Assembly (NCBI RefSeq): GCF_036321535.1
Contig: NC_087438.1
Coordinates: forward strand, 12,960,001-13,024,000
Reading direction: 5' to 3'
Origin: Camelus dromedarius
Taxonomy: Eukaryota
DNA: 64,000 nucleotides
Within the stretch, counting starts at the first letter, position 1, and every line of letters begins with the position of its first letter. The position numbers were made by a program, and so were the translations under genes. Shown piece after piece: positions 1-12,069 of the stretch. A model generated the notes under the pieces. It made no database searches and was not told where the DNA came from. It worked only from the letters and a program-made list of their open reading frames with translations.

Positions 1-446
1 TGTAAGATAATATTATAGCTAAGCAAACAAAATAAATACATATATATGCACATATATCATAATTCTAATTATATTATGTCAAAAGAAGTGAAAACAAAAA
101 TACTTCATAGGAACACAGATTAAGGTACTAAACTAAAGAATACTACAGAAACGGTTAAAATCAAACTCAGCAAAGTGGTTATATCTGGACGGGAGAGGAA
201 TGTGATTGAGGCAAAATCTTTGAGAAATTTGCACATGCTGACAATATTCTATTTTCTTTTAAATCTTTAAGGTGATTTCTCTCATTTTCACTTTATTTTT
301 CTTGCCCATCCCAGTTTTGCCTTATATGCTTTGTGTTTGCTTTGTTTTATATATGCTTTCTTTGTGACTAGTTCACAATTTTTAAATCAAGAAAAGTATT
401 CTCAATTGGATAATTGGGAATTTACTAATTTTACTGTTTAGGGAGG

Positions 447-881
447 TGTATTAGTTCCTGGAGTTGCTTTCAGAAAGCACCCAAAACTGTGTGGCTTAAA
501 GCAAACAGAAAATTATTCACTCACAATTCTGGAGGTTAGAAATTCAAAATCACGGTGTTGGCAGGCTCGTGCTTTAGCTAAGGTGCTAGGGGAGAAGTGT
601 TTTCCTAGTTTCTGTTGGTTGCCAGCATCCTTGGCACTCCTTGGCTTGCAGCTGAGTCACTGCCTGTGTCTTCACGTGTTTGTCATCCCTCTGTGTCTGT
701 GTCTGAGTCCAAATTCCCACCTTCTTAGAAGAACAATGGTCATTAGATTTAGGGGCCCGTCTAATCCAGTATGACTGCATCTAAATTTACTGCATCTGCA
801 AAGACCCTTTTTCCAAATCAGTTCATGTTCTGGGGTTCTGGATGACATGAATTTTGGAGGGAGGCTACTCAATCCAGTACA
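447..881 (-). mobile_element. MaLR solo LTR (MLT1C/D-like)
   Basis: Starts TGTATTAGTT (reverse complement of the MLT1 end AACTAATACA). Contains the MLT1-type 'ggcttaaa..aacagaaa..ttattcactcacaattctggagg..agaaattcaaaatca.ggtgttggcagg' and ends ...caatccagtaca. Confidence 0.85.
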
Positions 882-1859
882 TAAGAATATAGTTTAATAA
901 ATTCATGGGATTTTCTAAATTATATTTTATAAACAGCATTATAAAGTTTTAATTGACAATTCATCTCTAAATCATGAGCCACAGAACCTGGCCCAAGGTT
1001 TGAAATCTTTCCAAACCAAGGTACAACACACATACCTAAAACTGGAGAAAGCAAAGATGATCTGGGTATTTTGAGGAAGGAGTTTTATAGCAATGGTATC
1101 ATATTCTCTATGAAAACTATGCCAGAAGTGATAGCAATGGATTTTTTATTGAGGATTAGACTCAAAATTATGTTTTGCATTGCCTGAATCTAGCTCAGAG
1201 GAGTTTTAGTTCTGCTAATTACTGAATCTCTCAGAAGGAACACCCTACTCTAATTCTTTAAAAATCAATTGTTCAAAATTAGATAAACGTATTTTCAAAC
1301 TGAAAATCCCAAAGATATTTCATGTGTAGTTAATAATTTCACAATTTTTTTTGTTACAGCTATCTTTTTGCCCATTTATATTAGAGTAAGCATTGGACTT
1401 TAACATAATTTGTGCACTATTTATACTTATTAAATACTAATTATGACCGATTCATATTTTGGGTAGTATATGACATCTTTGAATCTAAATAGATTAAAAA
1501 AATATTTTCTCTTATAGATAGTTTAAATGACTTTTTCTTTACAATCCTTTAAACTTCTGTGCCTATAGTCTGTCAGCTTCCCATTAGTATCTGGAATGTT
1601 CCTTCTCAATACTTTTCAAATATTGAAATATGAGATTTCTATTGGAAAATTTGAGTAGTTTTCTCCAAAACCAAATTGTGCATATTTTTCGTATCTCCTC
1701 AAGTAGCTCAGCCAGCAAAGAAAAACAAAGTGCTTTGGGAGCAGAGTGCGGAAGAGAGGAAGGACAGATCTGGCTTTATTTCAAAGTTAAGAAAAAAAAA
1801 ATTGGCTCCTGGCAGAATCAAAAGCCTGGATTCGATTCAAAATATCATTGAATGCTAAA

Positions 1860-2010
1860 TCCGGAAATTATCTTACAAATCGTTATCCAATCCAATCCTT
1901 TTATTTAATAGATGAGGAACTTAAAACCCAGGGAAAATTAATACCAGGCTTAAGGCTCCCCAGCCAGCCAGGCAGAGCTCTGCTTTATTCTATTTCCAGG
2001 ACCCAAAGGA
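1860..2010 (-). mobile_element. MIR fragment
   Basis: MIR core-like 'ttttatttaatagatgaggaacttaaaacccagggaa'. Confidence 0.5.
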
Positions 2011-2242
2011 ATAGACTTGTAAGTACTCCTGCTTTTCCAAACACTCCATATCCATCAGTGACCTGGTTTAAAATCCAAGAAGCCTTGCACTATTAGTACC
2101 TACAGGGACACTGCTGGAAGCCTCAGGTACTGTTCAGAGGTGGAAAGTGGCCACAAGTGAGAAATCAGGTTAATACAGATATTTATCTTTCACCCTTTAC
2201 AGTACCATCCTGTATCTATTTGGATTATTATAAATAGCACAC

Positions 2243-2347
2243 TAGAATATGAAAAGGATGAATATATATGTATAACTGAATCACTATGCTGTACACCAGA
2301 AATTAACACAACATTGTAAACTGACTATAATTCAGAAAAGAAAAAAA
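2243..2347 (+). mobile_element. Severely 5'-truncated lineage L1 3' tail
   Basis: 'tataactgaatcactatgctgtacaccagaaattaacacaacattgtaaactgactat' followed by an A-tail. TSD ATAAATAGCAYAC at 2230-2242 and 2348-2360 (12/13 match). Confidence 0.85.
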
Positions 2348-4296
2348 ATAAATAGCATACCAAAGAGAGCCTGCTAGATTGAGGATTTAAAAATGTTTGT
2401 GTCCCATGAATAACTGTGGATAAATGTGGTTAATTGTCTTTAGAATGAAAGTAAAATATTAAAAATTTACTTTAATTAACTTTATTCCTTCCCAGCACTT
2501 CTCTGCACAAGTGTCTGCCCCAGGCTTTATTGACAGGCGTGTATCTCCACCTTCTAATTTCTACCTTGGTGCTTCAAGGCCACACAGAAAGTTTTGATCT
2601 CATTTCTTCCTTACTGGTGTGTGTATTGGTATATACACACACACACACACACATATATATATATGTATTTGTTTTGTTTTATCTGGGTCTAAATTTTAGA
2701 GAGACATTGAGTTTATTTGATCTGTCAGGATATATTTGTCTTTTATATGGATTGAGGGGAAGTGTCAATCATAGATAATAGGAAATTTTAAACTAAAACC
2801 ATTTTAAAACACTGTCCCCACTTTAGTTTTCTGCATAATTAGTGACTGTAAATAGATAATCTGATACACGGATTTAATCTTAAATTTGTGCCAACAATAC
2901 GCCCTGAACATATTTCTATTCATGCATTGATAGAGAGATCATCTTTTTTTTTTTTTTTTTTACTGTAGGGGGTTAAATAACATGCCCAGGTCCAATCCAG
3001 ATCATTCCTTGAACCTTCACCAGCTGTAGGACTGACTCAACAGTCATTTAGGATACTTTCAGGGCTTCAAGTTTCCCCCTCCTAAATGCTCAGATCTCTG
3101 GCTTCTTAGCATCAGGAGAGGGGTGGAGTCCAGTCCAGTTTAGACCTACTTCCATGCACTGATGGCTGAGGGATAATATTTGCTGAATAGTCGTTCTCAA
3201 TGAACCTCGTTTGAAGTTTTAGATGACTTCTATTTTCCAGACAATGCCATGGTTTCTATGAAAAATATTGCCATGCTCACAGCACTTTTCCAAAGGTATT
3301 AATTTTATCAATTTTGTATCCCAGCGAAAAGTGAACTTCATGCTAAAGGAGTGAATGCCTTCAAGGTCGGTGCTTATATCTCAGCCAACCACCCTTAGAC
3401 ACTACAAGATCAAGGCAGCATGGTCGGACATCTGTCTCCTGATGGGCTTTCAGTGGCAGGGATTCTGGCTGTAGTCAAGAAAGACCACTGTTCGGCTGCT
3501 CTCCCTTCCAGCTGCAGGAGTCGATCAAGTGGTAACAATCCCCAGGTAATTTTTAGTTTATAAAAATAAGTACTCTAGTCGGCTTGAGCACCAAATATGA
3601 CAGCTTTATTAATTAGCTTTTTCAAGTGTCACTGATTCCAAGGTTATAAAAGGACCAGTTCCAGCATCAAGCACATCTTAAACTTGGATCATGGCCTCAC
3701 TTCCTCCCTTCTTGCTCAACACCAGGATTCTCCCACTGCCCGCCATGCTTTTGGACCATCATGGGGCTGTTCCTTCAGAGGTCTCCTTGCCTTCCTTTTC
3801 ACAGGCCTTGAGAGAAGCAGTCACAGTCCCTCCACGCTGATTTTCAGAATTGTGAATCTCTGAGAAGAAGTATTCAAAATCTTGATGCCTACTATACCAA
3901 GTGCTCCCATGTGGAAATGAGTCCATGCCCTCCCCAACGCACTGCATACCATGGTTGTGCTGAAGCTCCCCTGAACAACCACTTCACATACTTTACTACT
4001 AAGTGGAGGAGTTGCTTAAGAACAGCTCTTGAGACGTCCTTTATTTTTACAAAGAACAGCTGACCGCTTTTTTGGCTGGAGACAAAAACAAATGAAATTA
4101 TTTTCTAATTGTACACCCCACTATATGTGTTTTATTTATACTTACCAAGTATTGATAAGCCATAAATTATTGCAACTTGAATTTAATAAATAGGAATAAT
4201 ATTTGAATAAGATAATATCTTTAAAAGATGTGGAAGTTTATCTCTGTTTTTCGAACAGAAAATATCAAACTGTCATGGAATATGTTTCTCAGCTAC

Positions 4297-5272
4297 TTTT
4301 TTTTTAATAGACGTTATTCTTAAGAGCAGTTTTAAGTTTACAGAAAAAAATTGGACAGCTAGTACAGGGACTTCTCAGAAACATTCTTTCTACCACACGC
4401 ATTTTTCCCTATTATGAACATTCTGCCTTAGTGTAGCACATTTGTTACAATTGATGAGCCAATATTGATATTTTATTATTAACTGAAGTCTATAGTTTAC
4501 ATTAGGGTTCAATCTTCTTTTGTTTTGTTTTGTGGGAAGAGTTAATTAGGTTTACTTCTGTATTTATTTAATGGAGGTACTGGGGATTGAACCCAGGACC
4601 TTGTGCATACTAAGCATGTTCTCTACCACTGAGCTATAGCCTCCCCCTAGGGTTCACTCTTTTTGTTGTGCATTCTGTGGGTTTTGTCAAACACGTAATG
4701 GCATGTGTCCATTATTACAATATCACACAGAACAGTTTTACTCCTCTTATTTATCCCTTCTTTCCCATAAATCCTGGCAACTACTGATATTTTTAACTGA
4801 ATCCATCATTTTGCTATTCCAGAATGTCATATTTTAAAACCATACAGTATGTAGCCTTTACAGATTTACTTCTTTCATTTAGCAATATGTAATTAAGGTT
4901 TTTCCATGTCTTTTCATGGCTTGATAGTTGATTTCTTTTTATATGTGAATAATGCTCCATTGTAAGGATTTTACGTATGTTGTAAGGAGCTCCATAGTAG
5001 TGCTCAGTTTGTTTATCCATTTACCTACTGACGGACATCTTGGTTGCTTTCAGTTTGGGGCAATTATGAATAAAGCTGCTACAAACATTTATGTGTAGGT
5101 TTTTGTGAAGACATAAGTTTTCAGCTCATTTGGGTAAATACCTGGGAGTGTGATTGCTGGAGAATATGGTAAGAATATGTTTAGCTTTGTAACAAATTGC
5201 CAAAATGTCTCCCTAAGCGGTTCTACCATTTTGTATTCCTACCAGCAATGAATGAGTGTTCCTGTTACTTTG
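4297..5272 (-). mobile_element. L1MC-like 3' end, interrupted by a SINE
   Basis: Poly-T, then 'aatagac..tt.ttaagagcagttttaagtttacagaaaaa' and an ORF2 C-terminal/3'UTR remnant ('ttatgaataaagctgctacaaacatt', 'ttgtattcctaccagcaatgaatgagtgttcctgtt'). Confidence 0.85.
4517..4647 (-). mobile_element. tRNA-derived SINE, Vic-1-like (Camelidae)
   Basis: Minus strand reads GGGGGAGGCTATAGCTCAGTGGTAGAG (A box) ... GGTCCTGGGTTCAATCCCCAG (B box), then an AT-rich tail. 14-bp TSD TAGGGTTCAMTCTT at 4503-4516 and 4648-4661. Confidence 0.9.
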
Positions 5273-7664
5273 ATGGCTACATTTTATATTTTTTAATAAA
5301 TAAAAAAGCCAACTTTCTACACAGCTGTGGATGAAAACAATTTAGAGGATGGCCAGCTTAACAATCACAATTTACCTTCTCTTTCATTTTGGGAGTAAAT
5401 TTGAATCTTTCTGCTTCAATAATTAAGATACTCCCTTTAACATGTCTCCCAAAATTCATATTGAAATTCTGACCTTCTCAAGAGCAATGAATGCTTTTTC
5501 ACATTTGTTTTTTGTTGATATCTTTTCCTTCCACATCCTACTGCAAATTCAGCTAAAACCAGTGTAAGTACCATTGTAAAGCAGCCTTCAAGTTATTTTT
5601 ATTATGAGATAGTCTATTTTTTAAAAAATGAGCTGGAAATAAATATTTTATTAGTTGAAATTATTTAATTTTAATCTAGCTCACAGCATGATTCATAGCT
5701 TTAATATCTGTCTATTCAAATATATTGACACTTTAAGAATAAACTATGGAATTTCCTAACTTACAATGCTGTGCCAAGAATAGATTTATGATTTACCACC
5801 ATGCACTATATATGTTGTTGGGTTTTCAAAAAAAATTGTTGTATTCCCTAACAGGATAGTCTTTAAATATGCATCTGCAACTTCTAATTAATGTTACATG
5901 TGGAGCAATTATTTTCTTGGAAATATTTTCAAAAACACAAACCATGCAAAAAAAATGACACATAACATAGCAATTAGGATGGCAATAGATCATTAGTTTT
6001 CCTATATTAAAATTTTGTCTCTTCCATTTATCTATCTTACCATTTATTATATATTTTGAGATATTTCTGAAATGTTACCGCATGGATGCTCAGAGACAAT
6101 TTGACTCAGTATTAGATATAAATGACAGCTCCATTTTCAAGATCATTTTTAAAGGAAAACTTTACTTACCTTTTATTGTTTGCATGAGCAAACTGTTCTT
6201 TCCCAGGAGGGGACAATATTGGAGTAACATTTTGTCATTTTTGATTTATCTATACTCTCTTCCTCCCTGGAAGGAAACCACATCACTCATCTGATTGTCC
6301 CTCTGGCAGGAGCCCGACGTTTCACTGGTGCAGTTCCTCTTGGGCGAGGAGGAGGCGTGATGTTTGCTGAGTCCCTGTGGCCTGTGGCTTCCCTCCACTG
6401 AGTCTTCCTGCCTCCAGAGTGAATCTGTTCTGTTCCATGTCTCTGCCGTCAGGCAACTAGAGCAAGACCTCTCTTCCCCGAAACTAGGTAGCACTTGAAT
6501 CCAAGTCAGGGACTGAGTCTCAGGAAGGCCACCCGGGGCCTGACTGAAGCTGTATCCTCAGATCATCAGTCTCTCAGTAAAGCTGATATCTTCCTCCCCA
6601 TCTGATGCCTAATTCTACTTTTTTTTTAAACATTGATTCTCAATTCAGGGAAAGATGGGTTGTGCTTTAACCTCAGAAGTTTCCATCCCAACGTGGAATA
6701 ACTATTCGGAACCACCCATGACCTAACACATCATTTAGACAGCAAATATTTACTAGGAAGGGCTTCCTCCATTTATCAATCCCTTTGTACACGCTAGGAA
6801 CTGCATCTAAGTATTTAATGTGATTTAATTCCTTTTAATCTTAGTTAGGATTTCAAGGACAAAAGTCCCAAATTTAGCGCTAGGATTATTCAAGCATTCT
6901 TCCTCATAAATGAGTGGTTAACAGGGGCTTCTGAAAAATCAAGGAAACCAAAGATTTTTGTTGTTGTTGTTGTTATTCAAAAGCAACACACAATTTTCAA
7001 CAGCTGTAATATGTTTTAAAAAACATTCTGACATACTGGTGATAGTAATCCTTGGACTGGGGATGAAAAACTCAAGAGAGGATGCTTTGACTTTTTCCAA
7101 TAGAGCGACCTCTATTTTCACAGAAGTGGAGCCATGGACCAGGACAAACTGTAGCCCTATGTGCACCATGCAAGCTACCTGGCAGACTGAGAATTTGTTT
7201 CAGCAAAACTAGAAATTAGTCAGAGATCTCTCTATCTGTCTATCTATCTATGTATCCATCTATCTATCTGTCTAACATGCAGATTTATCGTGTTAGAGGA
7301 AGACCAGTGTTGAGTTGTTGCTTCACATTCCGTGCATATATTCTAGCAGGTGAGAGCACAGTGTGGCATGCTCATTTCAAACAAGCTCAGAGTTCAAAAT
7401 CTACTGAAAGGTACAACGGGCACAACCACCTTGCACCCAAAGGCATCTTGTGAGACCAAAAGCTGTATCACTTGGTACTTGAACATTTTCTATTGCCCAT
7501 ATCTTTGTTTTAAAATCTGTAGAGATTTTCAGCTGTTGTCTTTGAATATAATCGCCCCCCACCTTTCCCCAGAAGAAACACAAAGTTAATGAAAATGTGA
7601 TCTTGTTTCAGTCCACTCTGGATATGGCAGTGACAGTCATCTTAATCAAAGGATGTATACCCTT

Positions 7665-7978
7665 CAGTGGAAACTGGAGTGGTCTGCCCATATCCCTTCT
7701 TCATGACCAGCACAGTCATCTCAGATGCTGGTGGAATCATGTGGTTTTGATGCCTCGTATCTCTGTTTCTCACTGGGAATTACGTTCTGCCTTAGGAGAC
7801 TGCCTTGCTTAAGGTTACACCACTTCTGGTAGCAACTCATATCTAACAATGTCTCTGTGTGTCTAATCTTGATTTCTTCACTTTCTTAAGTGGTGTATCT
7901 CCCAAGATCACTCTGGGATAACTCCTGCATGAACTTATTCACCTTAGTATTTGTTTCTGGGGAACTTGACCCAAGACA
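7665..7978 (+). mobile_element. ERVL 5' LTR (LTR16-family)
   Basis: Ends '...tgtttctggggaacttgacccaagaCA', typical of LTR16, and runs directly into ERVL internal sequence. The 5' boundary is approximate. Confidence 0.75.
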
Positions 7979-8621
7979 GTTATTACCAACAGGGGATGCA
8001 GGAAGTAGAATCTTACGGCGACATTACTAATCCTTTGGCTGGCACTAAGAACTCCGTTACGGATGATGGTAAGTGAAGTATGGATAGAAACTGGCATGTT
8101 ATAGCAGTAAAATTGTTGAATTATATTTTCGTGGTAAACTTAGATGGAAAGAATCTTATTTGCTGATACAGTATCTCTAGCACCTGAGAAATATGAGAGA
8201 AATTACACATACAGACAGTGGCATCGGGTGACTCTTGCTGAGTACTGTTGAATCATGAAAGACAGAAAGTGACAGGCTGTGGGTGATAAGTCACCATTTC
8301 AAGAGAAACTGAAAGCAGAGATTCTTTTGGGAAATACTCAAGGAAACCTTAATTCCTTGCAGCTAGAAGACAAACAAAATGAGGGATTTGGCTCAGAATT
8401 TAATAATAAAAAAAAAAATAGCAGAGCTTCATGGAAGGTTGAGCTCTGAGCCCTAGCATTTCTCTTACACTAAATTCAGGGGCCTAACAGGAAGGGTGTG
8501 GGTCCATGAGGTTTGAGAAGGGGGTATTTGGGTAAATACTCTTGAGACCCTTGATCTAGCAAGATTCCACTGAATCCACCAGGGAGTGACACACTCACCT
8601 TTGTTAGATAGTGCTTCTCCT

Positions 8622-8766
8622 TTTGCATCACTGGGGTCAGGCAACTGAAGTACCTAGGGAGCAAGATTTGAGGAGGACTCACTCTCAAGGATGTGCAAAT
8701 GCAGGATCTCCTAGGACCCTAAGCTCCTCTTGGCACCTCACTTGCCTCCCCTTCCTCCTGGCCCTT
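8622..8766. mobile_element. MER91A-like hAT-Tip100 MITE nested in ERVL gag
   Basis: 'ggggtcaggcaactgaagtacctagggagcaagatttgaggaggactcactctcaagg' and 'ggcacctcacttgcctcccc..cctggccct' match the inverted arms of MER91. Confidence 0.65.
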
Positions 8767-9130
8767 CCTTCTTGCTTGAAGATTAAAAAATACTTAAGTC
8801 AGGCAGGGGCCTTTCAAGACAAACTTCACACTTCTCAAAATGTATCCTACCTCTCTTCTGTCAATCTGATCAATAACAACGGTTTTACCTCATCATAGTA
8901 TGGATGACAAGAAGCTGAGCTGTCTAAGGGAAGAGAAGGATTACACATGGAAGAAGCTGCAGTGATTTCTAATATGTGTCCACAAGATCTGGGGCAGCAG
9001 ATGTGGGAAGAAATCCCGAGATGTTTTCAAAGGGATGCAGGATATTAAGTTAGAGAAGAGGGAGTTTATAGACATTAGAGTAGTCCTGCAATCCAGATTT
9101 AACATCTTGGCAAGGACCTTGAAGATGTTA

Positions 9131-9637
9131 TGTTGAGCAGCAGGGATATTGAATAGCATCCTCTGAACTGGGAAGGAACTTTGAGATCAAGAAATGCAGT
9201 GGGCAACTCCATCAAGTGCAATTAAAAAAGTTTATTGTGTGTGACTTACATACAGTTTAGAAGGATCAGGCGGGCAGATGATCTGGAGGCATTCACAGCT
9301 GCACCCACATCCCTGAAAGGGGTACAGAGAGTTTAAAGGAGCCAAAGTTAAAAATAGAATCTGACTACCAAGTGAGAAACTTGTCCACACAGGCTGGAAC
9401 TGGGGTTTTTTCCTGCCCCCAGGGGCCTCAGGACCATGAACCACTTGCATCGGCAAAGGGCACTCTTCCAGCTTCCATATCCAGTGAAGCCAAGGCTAAA
9501 AGTTGGTAGGGAACTTATCTGGCTCGGGCCCACCCCTGTGAGCAGGCTAAAGCTCAGCTGTGCAGAGAGGGGAAGGGGTAAGACTACGGGCCTAAAATGG
9601 AGCTGACAAAATGGAGTCAGTGTGGTTCAGTGACACA
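9131..9637 (-). mobile_element. Solo LTR (507 bp) nested in ERVL gag
   Basis: TG...CA termini with a perfect 5-bp TSD TGTTA (9126-9130, 9638-9642). Minus-strand AATAAA near 9231-9236. 'gactccattttg' motif near its minus-strand 5' end. Confidence 0.85.
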
Positions 9638-11019
9638 TGTTACTAATATGATGCTAGGATGATTCTTTGAAATTTAGAAAAAGCAATTGTTCACACTTAG
9701 TATAAATGCCATATGGTAGAGAAATGGGTCAAAAAATGCTCATGCCAGGGTGTGCACCCTACATGCTGACCTTGTTCCAAGAGAGGATCCAGAAGACACT
9801 CCATTCACAAGTCATGTATACAATCAGACTAAGAGCCATGATTTCCTACCTAGCTCTAAATATGTTTTCCGACTCAGAACTCACCTACTTATTGAGGGAG
9901 AGGCTGAAAGTCTATGAGAAAAGACCTTGCAACATCACAGCAAATGCACTATGAAGTGATCCTCCCAGTCAGGCCCTCAAGGGATCTATCGCCTTTTAGT
10001 CATATAATTATGCGCCGGGGAAAGACTTTTCAAGGACTGCTGAATGCTGGTTCTGAATTGGCATGGCCTGTGGGCTGTTCTACAACCCTGCCCTCTGTCA
10101 TATCATAGTTCAACGGAACCGAACCGTCTGCAAATTCTGCAGAACACATTGCTCCACACCACTGCTACCAACACGTGAGTTGATGAGCAAGATGTGACGA
10201 TGTGACCCGTGTATGGGAAGCTTCAGGACAGATATTTGAGAAGGTAAGAAATAAATCCTATAGAGATTTAAGGCCTACCATATAAGTTAAGTACCCTGGG
10301 GTCCAGTGGGCTGAAGGATGCTGGGATATCTTCTCCATAAAGGACATATAAATATAGGACATTGCAACCTGCCTGCCACCAAGAAAGAAGTCTGATGTGT
10401 GGGAAGTATGTTCAGAAGGCAGCTTGTTTTGCATTTCTCCAACCCATTCACTTAGTGACGCGCAGGTCTGCCAGCTTTGAACTGGATCCAGATAAGGAAA
10501 GAATTCTGCAGCAAATCCAGGCCGTGGGACAAAAACAACTGCTGCTTGAGCCATAAGATCAGGCAGACACTCTAGTACTAGAGATACCGGTGATGGGGAA
10601 GGTGCTTGTGTGAATTTTAAGTCAGCCCCATCCCAATAGGAGCATTGCAACATAAAACTCCTCGGATTCTCAGGCAAAGCACATCATCAGTAACATCTAA
10701 GTATACACAACTTGAAAACCAGCTCTTGGTGTCCTGCTCAGTAGTGACTGAGACAGCTCATTTGACTGTGGATATCAAGTGACCGTGTGGCCAAAGATAA
10801 ATTCTGTTAGACCAACTAGGTTCTAAAGATGGGACCCCTACCAAAAGATCACTGCAAATGAAAGTGGCATATTTGGGACTGAGCATAAGCAGGATCAGAG
10901 GGCAATGAGTAAACTGCCCAGCAGGTGGGTACAGACCTCTCTGATCATCATCAGTGTGCTAAGTGTAACTCCAAGAAGTCTAGCTTGTAGAGACAGCTCA
11001 ATGGGAGCTCACTAGTGAC

Positions 11020-11990
11020 TGAAGATAGAGGGGCACAAATTGAGTTGAGAACACTTTACATTTCAGATGCTTTAAACTCATCCAGATAGGAATATTGAGT
11101 AGAATGAGAGCTATGAAAAAAAAAAAAAAAAAAAAAAAACAGAAAGTGGCAGCAGGCACTAGAGGGTGGAGGAAATAGGGAGAAGTTGGTTAAGGGTGCA
11201 AACTTTCAGTAATAAGATGGGTAAGTTCTGAAGGTCTAATGTACAACATGGTGACTATAGGTGGTAACATTGAATTGTATAATTGAAATTTGCTACAAGA
11301 GTAGAATTTAAATGTTCTTACCAAAAAAAGAAAAAAGGAAATATATGAGGTGAGGCATATGTTAATTAATTCAATGGGGAGAATCTTTTTACTATGTATA
11401 TGTATGTATTTACTATATATAAAAAATCATATTGTATATTTTAAACATCTCACAATTTTATTTGTCAATTATACCTCAATAAAGGTGGGAGAAAAGGTGA
11501 ATGAGAGTTATGAATAGAAGCCTGTATCAGACACATACATTAGGAAATAGTTTGTGTAACGAGAGCAATTGAAGCTATAGAATAAATAAGAATAACAGGA
11601 CGTTGATTCCAGTGTTCAGGGGCTCCAATATTTAATGTCTTAGAGGAGGAAGAAGAATATTAGTCTGCAGAAGATACTCAGAAGTAGCAAACAGAGATGT
11701 AGATGGAAAACTTGGAGCCTGAGGTCATGAAGCTAAGGGAGGAAAGACTTTTGTAAAGAAGGAGATGATTAAGCAGTGTCATGTGTTGCTGAGAGATCAA
11801 GTAAGATGCAAATGACAAAGTTCATTGCACGTAGTGGTTTATAGTGACAATGTCAATTATCTCAGTGACAAAACCGAACAGATTAAAAATTGAATTGGAT
11901 TGATGCGCACGTATGTGTGACATGAAATGGAGGCAATGAGACTTAAAATATTCAGTTGTAAAGGAGAAGAAGGAAATGAATCTGTGTCTG
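11020..11990 (-). mobile_element. L2 fragment (split by an L1 tail)
   Basis: L2-type 'gtgtcatgtgttgctgagagatcaagtaagatg' and 'gtcatgaagctaagggaggaaag'. Confidence 0.65.
11118..11498 (+). mobile_element. L1MA8/9-like 3' UTR fragment
   Basis: 'aaactttcagtaataagatgggtaagttctgaaggtctaatgtacaacatggtgactatag' ... 'ttgtcaattatacctcaataaa'. 16-bp TSD GAATGAGAGYTATGAA at 11102-11117 and 11499-11514. Confidence 0.85.
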
Positions 11991-12069
11991 GAAGGTCTAT
12001 GTCAGATCATAAAGGTGTTATTCACCTTGCTTATCTGTTATTTTCTTTGGTGTTTTGGAATGTACTTGC

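Larger units (their letters stand above)
7979..10960 (+). mobile_element. Decayed ERVL internal region (ERV3-16A3/HERV16-like; gag-pro-pol remnants, no 3' LTR seen)
   Basis: Protease remnant GKTFQGLLNAGSEL (cf. FRGLLDTGSEL) near 10020-10060. RT remnant PALCHIIVQR near 10090-10120. Connection-domain remnant FLQPIHLVTRRSASFELDPDKERILQQIQAV at 10434-10530. RNase H-region 'YTQLENQLL' near 10702. Many stops and frameshifts. Confidence 0.88.

Noticed and set aside
1686..1792. Possible coding exon (VAQPAKKNKVLWEQSAEERKDR)
   Set aside because: Weak donor (AAA|GTTAAG), no protein I recognise and no partner exons.
4575..4647. Apparent tRNA-Ala gene (also 56607-56679)
   Set aside because: It has a SINE tail and TSDs and a degenerate cloverleaf, so it is a SINE head.
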